NCBI GenBank assembly: GCA_964440045.1
Contig: CAYTQR010000003.1
Location: 1 to 32,761 of the forward strand
Length of the DNA stretch: 32,761 nucleotides
Direction: 5' to 3'
Source of the DNA: an uncultured Planctomycetaceae bacterium
Lineage (GTDB): Bacteria; Planctomycetota; Phycisphaerae; Sedimentisphaerales; UBA12454
This document shows positions 1-9,323 of this stretch, piece after piece; the first letter of the stretch is position 1; each line of letters begins with the position of its first letter. Position numbers and translations under genes: made by a program. Under the pieces are notes generated by a model. It did not search any database. It was not told where the DNA came from and saw nothing but the letters and a program-made list of their open reading frames with translations.

Positions 1-491
1 AGCTTGCTTATTATCTCTTCAAGTTGACTCGTCGAAAGGGTAAGCGGGTCACCGCCGGTAAGCAGGATATTAGTTATTTCCTCATGGCCAGATATATAAT
101 CCAATGCGGCGGGTAAGTTCCTGATACAATCACCTTTAGAACCAAGAAAGACTCTTTTTCTAAAACAATATCTGCAAATTCCGGCGCAGGTTTTGCTCAC
201 AAGCAAAAGCGCAGTAGAATTATATTTGTGTTCCAATCCCGGCATTATAGTATAGCTTTGTTCATCAGACGGGTCGAGCCTGCCCCATTCATCAAGCTCT
301 CTTGGGTGAGGAATAACAACCTGCCTGATTGGGTCGTCAGGGTCGTCGAAGTCTATAAGCGACAGATAATATTCACTGCAATAAAAGGGATATTTAGCAG
401 CAACCTTTGCAATCTCAGAAAGTTCAACCGGGCTTAAGTTTTTAAGCTCTTTAACATCCGTCACGTAATTTTGAGTTGACTCTATATTCAA
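1..491 (-). CDS. KamA-family radical SAM aminomutase (lysine 2,3-aminomutase / EpmB-like); 5' part only, gene continues past the left edge
   Basis: This ORF is not in the supplied track. My minus-strand translation from TTG 491..489 reads LNIESTQNYVTDVKELKNLSPVELSEIAKVAAKYPFYCSEYYLSLIDFDDPDDPIRQVVIPHPRELDEWGRLDPSDEQSYTIMPGLEHKYNSTALLLVSKTCAGICRYCFRKRVFLGSKGDCIRNLPAALDYISGHEEITNILLTGGDPLTLSTSQLEEIISKL. It has the CxxxCxxC cluster motif in the KamA context (C-R-Y-C-F-R), about 100 aa of KamA-like N-terminal region and a GGDPL motif. A GGAG lies 6 nt upstream of the TTG. The TTG directly follows the TAA of the upstream gene. Confidence 0.8.
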   Translation of the reverse strand, partial: MNIESTQNYVTDVKELKNLSPVELSEIAKVAAKYPFYCSEYYLSLIDFDDPDDPIRQVVIPHPRELDEWGRLDPSDEQSYTIMPGLEHKYNSTALLLVSKTCAGICRYCFRKRVFLGSKGDCIRNLPAALDYISGHEEITNILLTGGDPLTLSTSQLEEIISK

Positions 492-1130
492 TTATTTCTC
501 CAAATCTAAATTGCTCTTGTCGTTTTGACCTCTTGTTTCTTCTGTTTGTGAGTATTTCTTTTCGTAAATGCTCTTGTGAGTGAATACCCGGCAGAGCGTC
601 AGAAAAATTATTTTAATATCCAGCAACAGTGAAGCATTGCGAACATACTCAACATCAAATGCCAGTTTTTCTTCCCTTGTAAGTTCGCCTCTGCCGCTAA
701 TCTGAGCCAAACCGCTCAAGCCGGGTTTTACAAGAAGTCTTTTTTTCTGCTCGTCGTTCCACTCTGCCATTTGAGACATATACAAGGGCCTGGGGCCTAC
801 AAGACTCATATCGCCTTTTAATACGTTAAAAAGCTGCGGCAGTTCATCCAATGAGTATTCCCGCAGGAAAACACCTGTTTTAGTTAATCTCGGGTCCTTA
901 CCAGATTTAGGGCTGGCCCCGAAAGGGTCCGCATCGAGGCTCATAGTGCGAAATTTGTAAAACACGAAAGGTTTCCCGTCTCTGCCGGCTCTGGTTTGTT
1001 TGAAAATCGCCGGGCCCTTGCCGCCAAGTTTTATCGCTATGGTTATTATGACAAACACCGGCAGTAATACCAAAGTCGCCGGCAAAACAAGCAGAATATC
1101 GAGCAGTCTCTTTGTAATTCTATATACCAT
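492..1130 (-). CDS. Small monotopic phosphoglycosyl transferase (bacterial sugar transferase family, PglC / WbaP C-terminal-domain type); polyprenyl-phosphate hexose-1-P or HexNAc-1-P initiating enzyme
   Basis: 212 aa with one N-terminal hydrophobic helix (LLDILLVLPATLVLLPVFVIITIAI). It carries the family motifs PAIFKQTRAGRDGKPFVFYKFRTM, DELPQLFNVLKGDMSLVGPRP and KPGLSGLAQI. Confidence 0.9.
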   Translation of the reverse strand: MVYRITKRLLDILLVLPATLVLLPVFVIITIAIKLGGKGPAIFKQTRAGRDGKPFVFYKFRTMSLDADPFGASPKSGKDPRLTKTGVFLREYSLDELPQLFNVLKGDMSLVGPRPLYMSQMAEWNDEQKKRLLVKPGLSGLAQISGRGELTREEKLAFDVEYVRNASLLLDIKIIFLTLCRVFTHKSIYEKKYSQTEETRGQNDKSNLDLEK

Positions 1131-1809
1131 CGATCGCCTCTAATAATTGGGGCAGTTTTGTAATCAAATCAATTTCATAATGAGCCTGAGCTTCGCTACA
1201 CGGGGCCGGGTCGATATGAATTCTGTTTTTGCGAATAATTCTTACAGTCTTAAAGCCCATTTTATTGGGTGATAGAAAATCCTTTTTAAGATTATCACCA
1301 ATATAAACACATTGGCTTGCAACAGCACCAAGTTCGGCCAATAGTTTCTGGAAACCTGCCGGCGATGGTTTCCAGTACTCTGGGCCGAGTTTTTCTGTAT
1401 ATACGATACAATCAAAAAACTCTTCAAGCCCAAGAGCCTTTACTTTCAGTTCCTGAGCGGGCAGATAGCCATCGGTAATAAGGCCCAGCTTATAGCGGCC
1501 TTTTAATTCCTCAAGGACAGCCCTGCTTGGAGAAGGAAGGGTTATATCAGGGGTATGATTACGAAGTACGTTCACCAGTTTTTTTATGTATTCAGCGTCA
1601 AAAGCAATACCGAGCTTCTCGGCAGCAGCGTCAAAAGTTGTTTTGTGATTGCCGGAGTTAAAAATCTGCCATAAACAGTCAAGTACAATCCCGGTTTTCA
1701 ATCCGAAATCGCCGCCTACCTTTTGAGCAACCGCCATAAAACCACTTTTGTAATAGTCTATCTCGTCGTAGAGCGTGTCGTCCATGTCAAAAGTTATACA
1801 ATTTATCAC
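1120..1809 (-). CDS. HAD-superfamily hydrolase (phosphatase-like, subfamily IA type)
   Basis: GTG start. Motif I DxDxT sits near the N-terminus (ITFDMDDTLY). LITDG resembles motif II and IGDNLKKD resembles motif IV. The 3' end overlaps the downstream transferase start by 11 nt. Confidence 0.8.
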   Translation of the reverse strand: MINCITFDMDDTLYDEIDYYKSGFMAVAQKVGGDFGLKTGIVLDCLWQIFNSGNHKTTFDAAAEKLGIAFDAEYIKKLVNVLRNHTPDITLPSPSRAVLEELKGRYKLGLITDGYLPAQELKVKALGLEEFFDCIVYTEKLGPEYWKPSPAGFQKLLAELGAVASQCVYIGDNLKKDFLSPNKMGFKTVRIIRKNRIHIDPAPCSEAQAHYEIDLITKLPQLLEAIDGI

Positions 1810-1880
1810 TTAAAAACCCTGCCAAAAATGCCGAAAATATATGTGTGCGACTGTTGCTGCAATTGTCTGGACAAAAGTCC

Positions 1881-1886
1881 TATAAT
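1881..1886 (+). promoter_or_regulatory. Candidate -10 box (perfect TATAAT) in the divergent HAD / ATP-grasp intergenic region
   Basis: TATAAT lies 40 nt upstream of the ATP-grasp ATG (1926). No convincing -35 is present at 16-18 nt spacing (the best is TGCAAT), so this call is weak. Confidence 0.2.
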
Positions 1887-1925
1887 TAGTTAAACTTCTA
1901 CTAACCTTTTTTGGTACTATAAGTT

Positions 1926-2930
1926 ATGGTAAGTCACAAAAAGTCAAATTGCAAGAAATTTAATATTTTGTTTACCTGTATCGGCAGACGGGTATCTCTT
2001 TTAAACAGTTTCAAAGAGGCCTCCAAAAAATTGAAACTTAACTGCCGTTTTCTCGGGACTGAAAAAACCGAGCTAAGTTCAGCCCTTCAGCTTTGCGATG
2101 ATGGGTTTTTAGTCAAATCCGTCAGTCATAAAAAGTACATAGAGCAGCTTTTGCAGATTGTCCGTCAAAATAATGTCAAGCTGCTCGTGCCGACAATTGA
2201 CCTTGATCTAAAAGACCTGGCTCTGAACAAAGACAAATTCGCCAAACTCGGGTGTACCGTTCTGGTTTCTTCGCCGGAGGTTGTCGATATTTGCCAGGAC
2301 AAACGCAAGACTTTCAAATTTTTAAAGCAGAATAACTTTGACACTCCTGAAACTTTAACGGCTCGCCAGGCAATGGCGAAAAAATCTCTTAAATACCCCT
2401 GTTTTCTCAAGCCCTGGGACGGTTATGCCAGCAGAGGAAACGCCATCGTCAAAAATCGGCAAGAACTTGCTTTCTATGCAAAAAAAATACCTAACTGCAT
2501 TGTACAGGAATTTGCTCAAGGTCATGAATACACTTGTGATTGTTTTGTTGATTTCGAATATCAAGTTCGTTGCGTAGTTCCCAGAAAACGAATCGAAGTT
2601 CGTTCAGGCGAAGTAAGTAAAGGGCAAATTATCAAGAACAGGGTAATAATGGCCCAGGCGGCAAAACTGGCTAAAACTCTGAAAGCCGGCCCCGGAGTTA
2701 TTACCATACAACTTATTCTTGCAAAGGAACGAAGGATAGAATTCATTGAAATAAATCCGCGTTTTGGTGGAGGGGTACCTTTGAGCATAAAAGCTGGTGC
2801 AGATTTTCCAAAGTGGATTCTGTCGCGGCTTATCGGGAAAAAACCACGAATTAAATTTGACGGCTTTAAAAATAACCTGACCATGCTGCGATATGATGCA
2901 GAAGTCTGGCTAAAGCCGCCTGGAGACTAA
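1926..2930 (+). CDS. ATP-grasp family carboxylate-amine ligase (CarB-like ATP-grasp fold)
   Basis: 334 aa. It has a pre-ATP-grasp N-terminus (NILFTCIGRRVSLLNSF), PCFLKPWDGYASRG (the K-containing ATP-binding strand), QEF..G.EYT and the C-terminal EINPRFGGG motif typical of ATP-grasp enzymes. Confidence 0.75.
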   Translation: MVSHKKSNCKKFNILFTCIGRRVSLLNSFKEASKKLKLNCRFLGTEKTELSSALQLCDDGFLVKSVSHKKYIEQLLQIVRQNNVKLLVPTIDLDLKDLALNKDKFAKLGCTVLVSSPEVVDICQDKRKTFKFLKQNNFDTPETLTARQAMAKKSLKYPCFLKPWDGYASRGNAIVKNRQELAFYAKKIPNCIVQEFAQGHEYTCDCFVDFEYQVRCVVPRKRIEVRSGEVSKGQIIKNRVIMAQAAKLAKTLKAGPGVITIQLILAKERRIEFIEINPRFGGGVPLSIKAGADFPKWILSRLIGKKPRIKFDGFKNNLTMLRYDAEVWLKPPGD

Positions 2931-2933
2931 AAA

Positions 2934-4124
2934 GTGCTTGCAACTTTTACTATCATAGGGCCATACAAGGAAATCAGCTGGATAATACCATTCTGGCCGG
3001 TGCTCGTATTCTCATTCGTTGCGGCACTGCCTGGAACGTGGCCCTGTAAGAAACTCGCTATTAAATTCGGTGCGGTAGATAAGCCGGACGGTACAGTCAA
3101 AACACATAAGCAACCTATAGCCTATCTTGGAGGGTTGGGAATTCTTTTAGGGTTTGCCTCTGGTATTGTTGCAGGGATAACTTTACTCGAACAGACCGAG
3201 ATGTTTAGATTATATCTCAAATTGCTTATAGGTATATTAGCCGGAGCATCTGTAGCGTGTTTTGTCGGCCTTGTCGATGACCTTTTTGATATTCGACCCT
3301 CTCAGAAAATAATCGGACAGATGCTGGCAGCAGTCATTCTGCTAACAGTTGGAATCAGGCCAAACCTTAGTGTTATTTCCACTCAGCTTGGAATAGAGTT
3401 GCCAGCAACATTAGAAGCGATTTTAGGAGTACCCGTGGTGATAATCTTTGTGTTAGGAGCTACAAACTCTCTTAATCTTATCGACGGCCTTGACGGTTTG
3501 TGTGCGGGGGTAACTTCTATTATTACTATTGGCATGCTGGCTCTGGCGGTGCATATTGGGACGTGGAACGTATCAAGCGCCGGGGATCCTGTCCGCGCGA
3601 TAATCGGGCTTGGACTTGTTGGCGCTACATTGGGATTTTTGCCATTCAATAAGGCGCCGGCAAAAATATTTATGGGAGACGCAGGCAGTATGCTGCTTGG
3701 GTTTGTTGTAGCGGCAATGATGATATTGTTTGCAGAAAGGCAGCCGCTTTGGTGGATGGCGTCACTGATGATATTCGGACTGCCTATACTTGATACAGCA
3801 GTAGCATTGGTAAGAAGATTATTAAATAAAAGACCTTTATTCGTTTCAGACCGCGGACATATATACGACCAGATGATGGATCGTGGAATACCATTGAAAA
3901 AGACCGTAGGTATTTGCTATATTCTTGCCGGGGTATATGCCGCGACAGGCTTAATTATGTGTCCGCTAAGACACCGATACGCGGCAATTATATTGGCTGT
4001 TACCGTTATAATTTCGGCGGTAGTTGTCTGGAAAAAAGGCTTTTTGAAAATGGAAGGATTAAGAGGAGCGGTGAAAAAGACTGGATTGGAAAAAACAGCT
4101 AATTCCAACGGCAGCAAGAATTGA
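2934..4124 (+). CDS. Polyprenyl-phosphate HexNAc-1-phosphate transferase (WecA / WbpL / MraY superfamily, glycosyltransferase family 4 polytopic type)
   Basis: GTG start 3 nt after the ATP-grasp stop, with GGAG 8 nt upstream. It is a polytopic membrane protein with motifs VDKPDG..KTHKQPIAYLGGLGI, VGLVDDLFDI, NSLNLIDGLDGL and KIFMGDAGS. Confidence 0.85.
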   Translation: MLATFTIIGPYKEISWIIPFWPVLVFSFVAALPGTWPCKKLAIKFGAVDKPDGTVKTHKQPIAYLGGLGILLGFASGIVAGITLLEQTEMFRLYLKLLIGILAGASVACFVGLVDDLFDIRPSQKIIGQMLAAVILLTVGIRPNLSVISTQLGIELPATLEAILGVPVVIIFVLGATNSLNLIDGLDGLCAGVTSIITIGMLALAVHIGTWNVSSAGDPVRAIIGLGLVGATLGFLPFNKAPAKIFMGDAGSMLLGFVVAAMMILFAERQPLWWMASLMIFGLPILDTAVALVRRLLNKRPLFVSDRGHIYDQMMDRGIPLKKTVGICYILAGVYAATGLIMCPLRHRYAAIILAVTVIISAVVVWKKGFLKMEGLRGAVKKTGLEKTANSNGSKN

Positions 4125-5378
4125 AAGAAAAGGAATTGTTCCCAATGTATAAAGCGAATGCCCGATAAAGCCGGTGGCAAATGGAAAATACCAAACCGAA
4201 TAAAAAACGATACCAGCCAACAGCAGCAATCCTTTACGAGGACAATAAAAAATACCTACTATAGCCAGCACCCATAAAATCAGGTGAAAAATGCTTAATG
4301 CCCATTGTTCCGCCGTTACTGACTTTATAGCAAGAAAAGGCTTTGTGAAGGCTGGAAAATAATATTCTATCGCATTTAATGCAAATTTCTTTATAAACAG
4401 GCCTGGATGATTTTTTATGTGTTCAGCCATTTTCCTGTTGGCAAGTTCTTCATTTCTGATATCTTTAAAACCCTTCCAGTGCGTAATGGTTTTTTCCGTC
4501 CCCCCAATCTCCATAACTCGTAAAGCAGCATCGATATAACTTTCACTGGGCCTTTGCGGCTCAGGCTCAATGCCCGACCAGTGTACATTGCCGTTAAAAT
4601 ACGCCAGCCCGCCACCTCCAGATATCGGTAAAAATTTGTGAAAGACAACCCAATTTCTGTAAGTCCACGGAGCAATAAAACAAATTACAGCCAATCCTGC
4701 GAAAAGAGGCGTTGATATTCTGTTTCTGTTCTTAATCAAAGTCGTTATAAACAAAGTTCCAATCAGCAGCAAAACTACCGGCAGCATAGCAGCGTGCGTC
4801 AGAGCAAGACCCGCCCCAGCAGTACCTATAATCAATCCAATTTGCCATGATTTGAAACCGGACTTATTAAATAGTTCCTGTGCTGAGAAATAAGCAAAAA
4901 TCAAATATAAAAACGCCTGTAAAATCGACGTCATAGGATTTTTAGCATTCCAATATACCCAGGGGTTTACCAGAAAAAACAACAAGGCTGTTATCGCAAC
5001 ATTCTGATTATACAATTGCTTTGCTATCTTGAATATCATCATTCCTATAAAGGCGACAAGAATACTCTGTGGAATTACAATAACATACCGCTGCAGACCT
5101 TCGGGAAACAACACTACCGGCACAAGGAACAAAGGATACAATGGCGGACGATGAAAAACTTCGGATCCACCCGGCTCGAAAACATAGCCATCACCCTTGA
5201 CAAGACTCCTGGCAAGCTGGATATAACCGTCGTTGCCGGCACCAAAATTTTTGCTCAAACCTGTAATCGGTGAAACAACAAAAAGAATAAAGCAAGTTCC
5301 AAACAAACAAAGAACAAAAGTAATAAAAAATGCCTGCCGACTATTTTGAGGTAACAATTTATACAAGAATTTAATCAT
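4059..5378 (-). CDS. GT-C fold membrane glycosyltransferase (ArnT / PMT_2-like, GT39/GT83-type)
   Basis: 439 aa, roughly 10 or more hydrophobic segments. The first loop reads [20 protein letters not shown]....[11 protein letters not shown], which resembles the ArnT/PMT signature region. Its start overlaps the upstream gene stop as ATGA (5375..5378). Confidence 0.6.
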   Translation of the reverse strand: MIKFLYKLLPQNSRQAFFITFVLCLFGTCFILFVVSPITGLSKNFGAGNDGYIQLARSLVKGDGYVFEPGGSEVFHRPPLYPLFLVPVVLFPEGLQRYVIVIPQSILVAFIGMMIFKIAKQLYNQNVAITALLFFLVNPWVYWNAKNPMTSILQAFLYLIFAYFSAQELFNKSGFKSWQIGLIIGTAGAGLALTHAAMLPVVLLLIGTLFITTLIKNRNRISTPLFAGLAVICFIAPWTYRNWVVFHKFLPISGGGGLAYFNGNVHWSGIEPEPQRPSESYIDAALRVMEIGGTEKTITHWKGFKDIRNEELANRKMAEHIKNHPGLFIKKFALNAIEYYFPAFTKPFLAIKSVTAEQWALSIFHLILWVLAIVGIFYCPRKGLLLLAGIVFYSVWYFPFATGFIGHSLYTLGTIPFLSILAAVGISCFFQSSLFHRSS

Positions 5379-7660
5379 TTTTTCCGTGCAACTATATAAA
5401 TCTGAGGTCCCGATTTTATAAAATCATGAAGATAAAAAAGGATATTTGCAATCTCAAAGACAATTTTTTTGCGAAGCGTAAGCTCGCCCTCAAGATAATT
5501 TTGCCGTATTTTTTCAAATCTCATGTTTGTGAGATATTTTTGCAAAGTAAAGAACGGGAAACCCCAAAGTCTTGATTCTTCGATTTCAAAGCCCAAGTGT
5601 TTTAATACAGCATTCAAATGGGCGATTTCAAAATGCTGTGTATGGCCGGTATATCTATCAGAAGCATGAACTTTGCCTGCTTGTGTAGTAAGAATAAGTC
5701 GGCCATCATCAGTCAAATTATCTTCTATCCAGTTGAGAATATGAAAATAATCCTTTGTATGCTCGATCACTTCGCTACAGATAATAAAATCACACTTTCG
5801 CGTCAGTTTTGGAAATACTTCCGTATACAAATGCCGGCTTTTTATCTTTTGCTTTGCTATTTCAACCGCCTTAGCAGAAATATCACATCCGGCAAGCTGA
5901 TTGTCCGCCAAGCTAAAAACAGTTTTGATCTCGCTTAATATACCGCCTTCTCCACAGCCGTAATCAAAAATAAAAGTCTCAGAATCAACACCCTCTTTCT
6001 TCAGTTCATCTATAACAAATCTTTTGCGATGGCGTACAGTTGGATAATAAGGATATGCTACACCTGTGTCTGTCCAGTAGACATCAGGGTCGTAATCAAG
6101 ATTTTCTTTCTCTGTTTGAGCATAAGCATTACTGAGATTTTCAATTGCCGTCAACTTCATCTCGTGATAGTCTTCTTCGCTGTTAACCTGCCAGATATTG
6201 TCCTTTGCTGTAATACCATTTACTATATTCTCAACGGCTGTCATCGCTGTAAGCATCGAATGGTCCTGGTTGTTATAACGATGCATACCATTTCGACCGA
6301 TTAAAAAGAGGTTATCAAAACTATCTGTGTAATTTCTGATAACATCAAACCGGCTGAAACTGCCAAAATAAGCTGGATAGGTCTTTTCAATTCTTATCAC
6401 TACACTATCAAGAACATCGCTCTGCTCTATTATTCCAATCTTTTCAAGCTCCGAAGCGGCCATTGTCTTAAACTGCTCATCCGGCATATTCCAGAGTTCA
6501 TCGCCCTGGTTACAAAAATACTCAAGGCCGAGCCAGACAGTATTATCATCAGCAACCATAAAGGGACTCCAGTTGTTGAAAATCTGAAGTCTACCGATTT
6601 TGACGTCCTTTTCCTGGATATAAATCCAATTATCAGGCACAATATCATTTGTTGTTTTAATATCAGTATCATTTTTGATTTTTAATTTTTTAACCAACAG
6701 GCCGACAGTAATAAAATCCCGATAACACAAGCCCGCTCCAACTTCTTTAACGTTTTGAGGAACATTTTGCCCCATCGCCTCAATCAAATCTTTTACGGGC
6801 ATGCTTGAAAAAACCAAATCGGCCTCAAAATTTTTCTGCTCTTTGCCTTTTTCATTTCTGACTTTTAAAGAAACGATTCTATTGTCCTGATTCTCTACGC
6901 CTACCACCTTATGGTTTAAATAAATTTGACCGCCTTTCGATTTTACAATCTCTGCAACCTTTTCCCATAACTGGCCGGGACCAAATTTGGGATATAAAAA
7001 TTGCGAAATAAGGCTCGTTTCTATTTCTTTCTGGCCTATCGATGCATCCCTACGAACAGCAGCTTTAACGGCATGTTTAATCGCTCTTGCTATGGAAAGC
7101 CCCTTTATCCGCTGGGCTCCCCATTCAGGCTGGATTTTATCGCAGCTTACCCCCCAGACCTTCTCTGTATAGTCTTTGAAGAATGTTTTATAAAGTGCTT
7201 TGCCAAAACGGGTAATAAAAAAATCCTCAAGTGATTTCTCTTTTTTTATCTTAAAAACTTTTGCCTTGATATAGCTTAGGCCTATTATAAAGGTTTTCAG
7301 CAAGCCAAGATTAAAAACGGTTTTGATAGTAAGAGAGATTGGGTAATCGAAAAATTTCCGCATAAAAAATATTCTTGATATCCTCCTGCGCAGCAGCATA
7401 ACATCATCATCTTTTTCCTGCTCGCTTTGCAGAGGTATTATATCAAGCCAGAATTTCATTACTCTGTCGGATTTTGAGAAAAAGCGGTGGCCGCCGATAT
7501 CAATACGGTTGCCCTTGTAATTTATGGTTTTAGATATGCCGCCGATATCACTACTTTGCTCAAAGATTATCGGCTTGATATCGGTTTTGTCCAATAGCTC
7601 AAAAGCAGCGGTTAAACCCGCCGGCCCTGCACCAATTATTATTGCCGTTTTTTGTGCCAT
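5375..7660 (-). CDS. Two-domain fusion: N-terminal Rossmann-type FAD/NAD(P)-binding oxidoreductase (amine-oxidase / UGM-like family often mis-annotated as UDP-galactopyranose mutase) plus C-terminal class I SAM-dependent methyltransferase
   Basis: The N-terminus reads [19 protein letters not shown]...[33 protein letters not shown] (GxGxxG dinucleotide fold). From about residue 560, [16 protein letters not shown] (MTase motif I), LAGCDIS, and [12 protein letters not shown]...DGRLILTT (motifs II/III) follow. The domain junction is near nt 6100. Confidence 0.8.
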   Translation of the reverse strand: MAQKTAIIIGAGPAGLTAAFELLDKTDIKPIIFEQSSDIGGISKTINYKGNRIDIGGHRFFSKSDRVMKFWLDIIPLQSEQEKDDDVMLLRRRISRIFFMRKFFDYPISLTIKTVFNLGLLKTFIIGLSYIKAKVFKIKKEKSLEDFFITRFGKALYKTFFKDYTEKVWGVSCDKIQPEWGAQRIKGLSIARAIKHAVKAAVRRDASIGQKEIETSLISQFLYPKFGPGQLWEKVAEIVKSKGGQIYLNHKVVGVENQDNRIVSLKVRNEKGKEQKNFEADLVFSSMPVKDLIEAMGQNVPQNVKEVGAGLCYRDFITVGLLVKKLKIKNDTDIKTTNDIVPDNWIYIQEKDVKIGRLQIFNNWSPFMVADDNTVWLGLEYFCNQGDELWNMPDEQFKTMAASELEKIGIIEQSDVLDSVVIRIEKTYPAYFGSFSRFDVIRNYTDSFDNLFLIGRNGMHRYNNQDHSMLTAMTAVENIVNGITAKDNIWQVNSEEDYHEMKLTAIENLSNAYAQTEKENLDYDPDVYWTDTGVAYPYYPTVRHRKRFVIDELKKEGVDSETFIFDYGCGEGGILSEIKTVFSLADNQLAGCDISAKAVEIAKQKIKSRHLYTEVFPKLTRKCDFIICSEVIEHTKDYFHILNWIEDNLTDDGRLILTTQAGKVHASDRYTGHTQHFEIAHLNAVLKHLGFEIEESRLWGFPFFTLQKYLTNMRFEKIRQNYLEGELTLRKKIVFEIANILFYLHDFIKSGPQIYIVARKK

Positions 7661-7674
7661 AATTTTTTTATCAG

Positions 7675-8715
7675 CTATTTGGGGCGCGGTACTTTCCAGA
7701 TTTTGATTTCCGGACTGACCAGACAGCCTGTAGCCAGATATTTTGAGTCAGGCGAAAATGTAATATCAGAAACTGTCAGTGCGCTTGCACTTATTTGACC
7801 GATTTTTTTGCCCGAAGATATATCCCAAAACCATACCATACCAGCAGGTTCGGTATCAACAGCAAGAGTTTTGCCGTTTGGGCTTATTGCAATGCTCGAT
7901 ATATTCTGCTTTTGATTGGAAGGTGTCTGATATTTATCCATAACAAACGTTTTTAATAATTGGCCGTTTTGTGTGTCGAACATAAGAATATGACGAATTT
8001 TTCCAGAAACAAAAAGCTGCTTGCCATCCGGAGAAAATTTAACAGAAGTAAAACTGTTATATTCATCAAAAGTTTTTTCCCATAGTATCTCCTGACTGTT
8101 TGCATCAGAAACAAAAATCCAGGCAGTATCTTTTTGGCCTGAACCAGCAAGAAAATTACCGTCGTTTGTTATAGTAAAATCATATAATAAAAAATCCTCT
8201 GCAACGGTATTTTTCTGAAATACAGAAGACAGCTTTTTGAAATCATAATCAAACAGAGCTAATTTAAACCAGTCCTTTTGCATACCTTGTATAAAGACCA
8301 TTGAAGCTATGCCAAATTTGCCATTAGATGACGTTTTAATCTTTTTGCATTCTGCTCCATAGCCAAGAGACAAACTGCCGAGTTCCTTATCCGCTTTCAA
8401 ATCAGTTAGTATAAGTTTATTCAAACCGCTGGAAGAATAGTAAACAATTTTGTCCTCTGCAACTGGTGTTATAGCAGTAGTTTGCGGCTTTGCCACAACC
8501 GGCCAGGCAGATAAATCATCCCACTGCCAGATATAAATATGATTTCCTTTTGAAACAACAAAAAGTCTATCGTTTAAAGTAAAAACATTTTCTGTCCCTT
8601 CTATTGGCCCTTGAAGCTGACGGACAAGAGAGCTTTTAGAACTGACATAAAAGGCTGAAAGCAAGATAACCACACACACAATGGCAACAATAATATTGCG
8701 GGATTTTTTGCTCAT
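7675..8715 (-). CDS. Membrane-anchored WD40 / beta-propeller repeat protein
   Basis: It has an N-terminal signal anchor ([18 protein letters not shown]). Repeated propeller blades end in F/ISP(D/N)GK motifs ([33 protein letters not shown]), plus IKIWK and WFWD. Confidence 0.7.
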   Translation of the reverse strand: MSKKSRNIIVAIVCVVILLSAFYVSSKSSLVRQLQGPIEGTENVFTLNDRLFVVSKGNHIYIWQWDDLSAWPVVAKPQTTAITPVAEDKIVYYSSSGLNKLILTDLKADKELGSLSLGYGAECKKIKTSSNGKFGIASMVFIQGMQKDWFKLALFDYDFKKLSSVFQKNTVAEDFLLYDFTITNDGNFLAGSGQKDTAWIFVSDANSQEILWEKTFDEYNSFTSVKFSPDGKQLFVSGKIRHILMFDTQNGQLLKTFVMDKYQTPSNQKQNISSIAISPNGKTLAVDTEPAGMVWFWDISSGKKIGQISASALTVSDITFSPDSKYLATGCLVSPEIKIWKVPRPK

Positions 8716-8717
8716 GA

Positions 8718-9320
8718 TTATTGTTCTTCCGTTAAATTCCTTACATATATATTGCTTTCCACTCCGTGGCTGTTTATTTGTGAATGCAATTGGAAACCGC
8801 GTTTTTGATATAATTTGTTGGCAGCCTCATTATCAGCAGCCACTAATACCTTAACTTTATCAATGCCTCGTTTTCTACATTCTGCAAAGCCTGTATCGAC
8901 AAGCTGTTTTGCTATTCCTTTTTTTCTTCCTTCAAGTGCAACCACAATCGATAAAAGTTCCGCATCCGGCAAATTCATCCTTTTCATTTTTGACGGATAA
9001 AAAATATTATCGCATACTTCTTTTAATACTCTAAACGACAACATTCTTTTGGCAAGGATAAAGATGAATTTGATTCCTTTCTTCAAGACAACATATTTAT
9101 ATAGCTTTGAAAGATTGGTTGAAAAAGCGATAAAACCCAATACTTTATTATCAATAACTGCAACAAACCCGAAGCTATTCTTATCTTCTATTATAGCTTC
9201 ATAGAGAGACGTAACGAAATCCAATCCTAACGAACTAATAAATCCAGTTGATATTCCATTAATATGTAATTGGGCAACAGACAGCACATCGCTTTTACAT
9301 AATAATCTCAATTCAGGCAT
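8718..9320 (-). CDS. GNAT-family N-acetyltransferase
   Basis: 200 aa. Acetyl-CoA motif A is present: VVALEGRKKGIAKQLV (R/Q-x-x-G-x-A). The C-terminal NEAANKLYQKRGF is typical of GNATs. Confidence 0.75.
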   Translation of the reverse strand: MPELRLLCKSDVLSVAQLHINGISTGFISSLGLDFVTSLYEAIIEDKNSFGFVAVIDNKVLGFIAFSTNLSKLYKYVVLKKGIKFIFILAKRMLSFRVLKEVCDNIFYPSKMKRMNLPDAELLSIVVALEGRKKGIAKQLVDTGFAECRKRGIDKVKVLVAADNEAANKLYQKRGFQLHSQINSHGVESNIYVRNLTEEQ

Positions 9321-9323
9321 AAG

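Noticed and set aside
228-437. 69-aa plus-strand ORF from the track.
   Set aside because: It lies entirely antisense to the much better supported KamA-family reading frame (CxxxCxxC and GGDPL motifs) and has no recognisable motifs. It is most likely a shadow ORF.
2165-2884. Three minus-strand ORFs (2165..2410, 2355..2564, 2561..2884) and the many similar 60-120-aa ORFs nested in or antisense to large genes across the window. Examples are 1242..1433, 3383..3649, 5618..5938, 10261..10464, 12277..12623, 23099..23581, 23711..24085, 29424..29792 and 29877..30239.
   Set aside because: Each is fully contained within a longer ORF that has strong family motifs. They are low-complexity or compositionally odd translations and lack ribosome-binding sites that I could see. 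I treat them as frame shadows.
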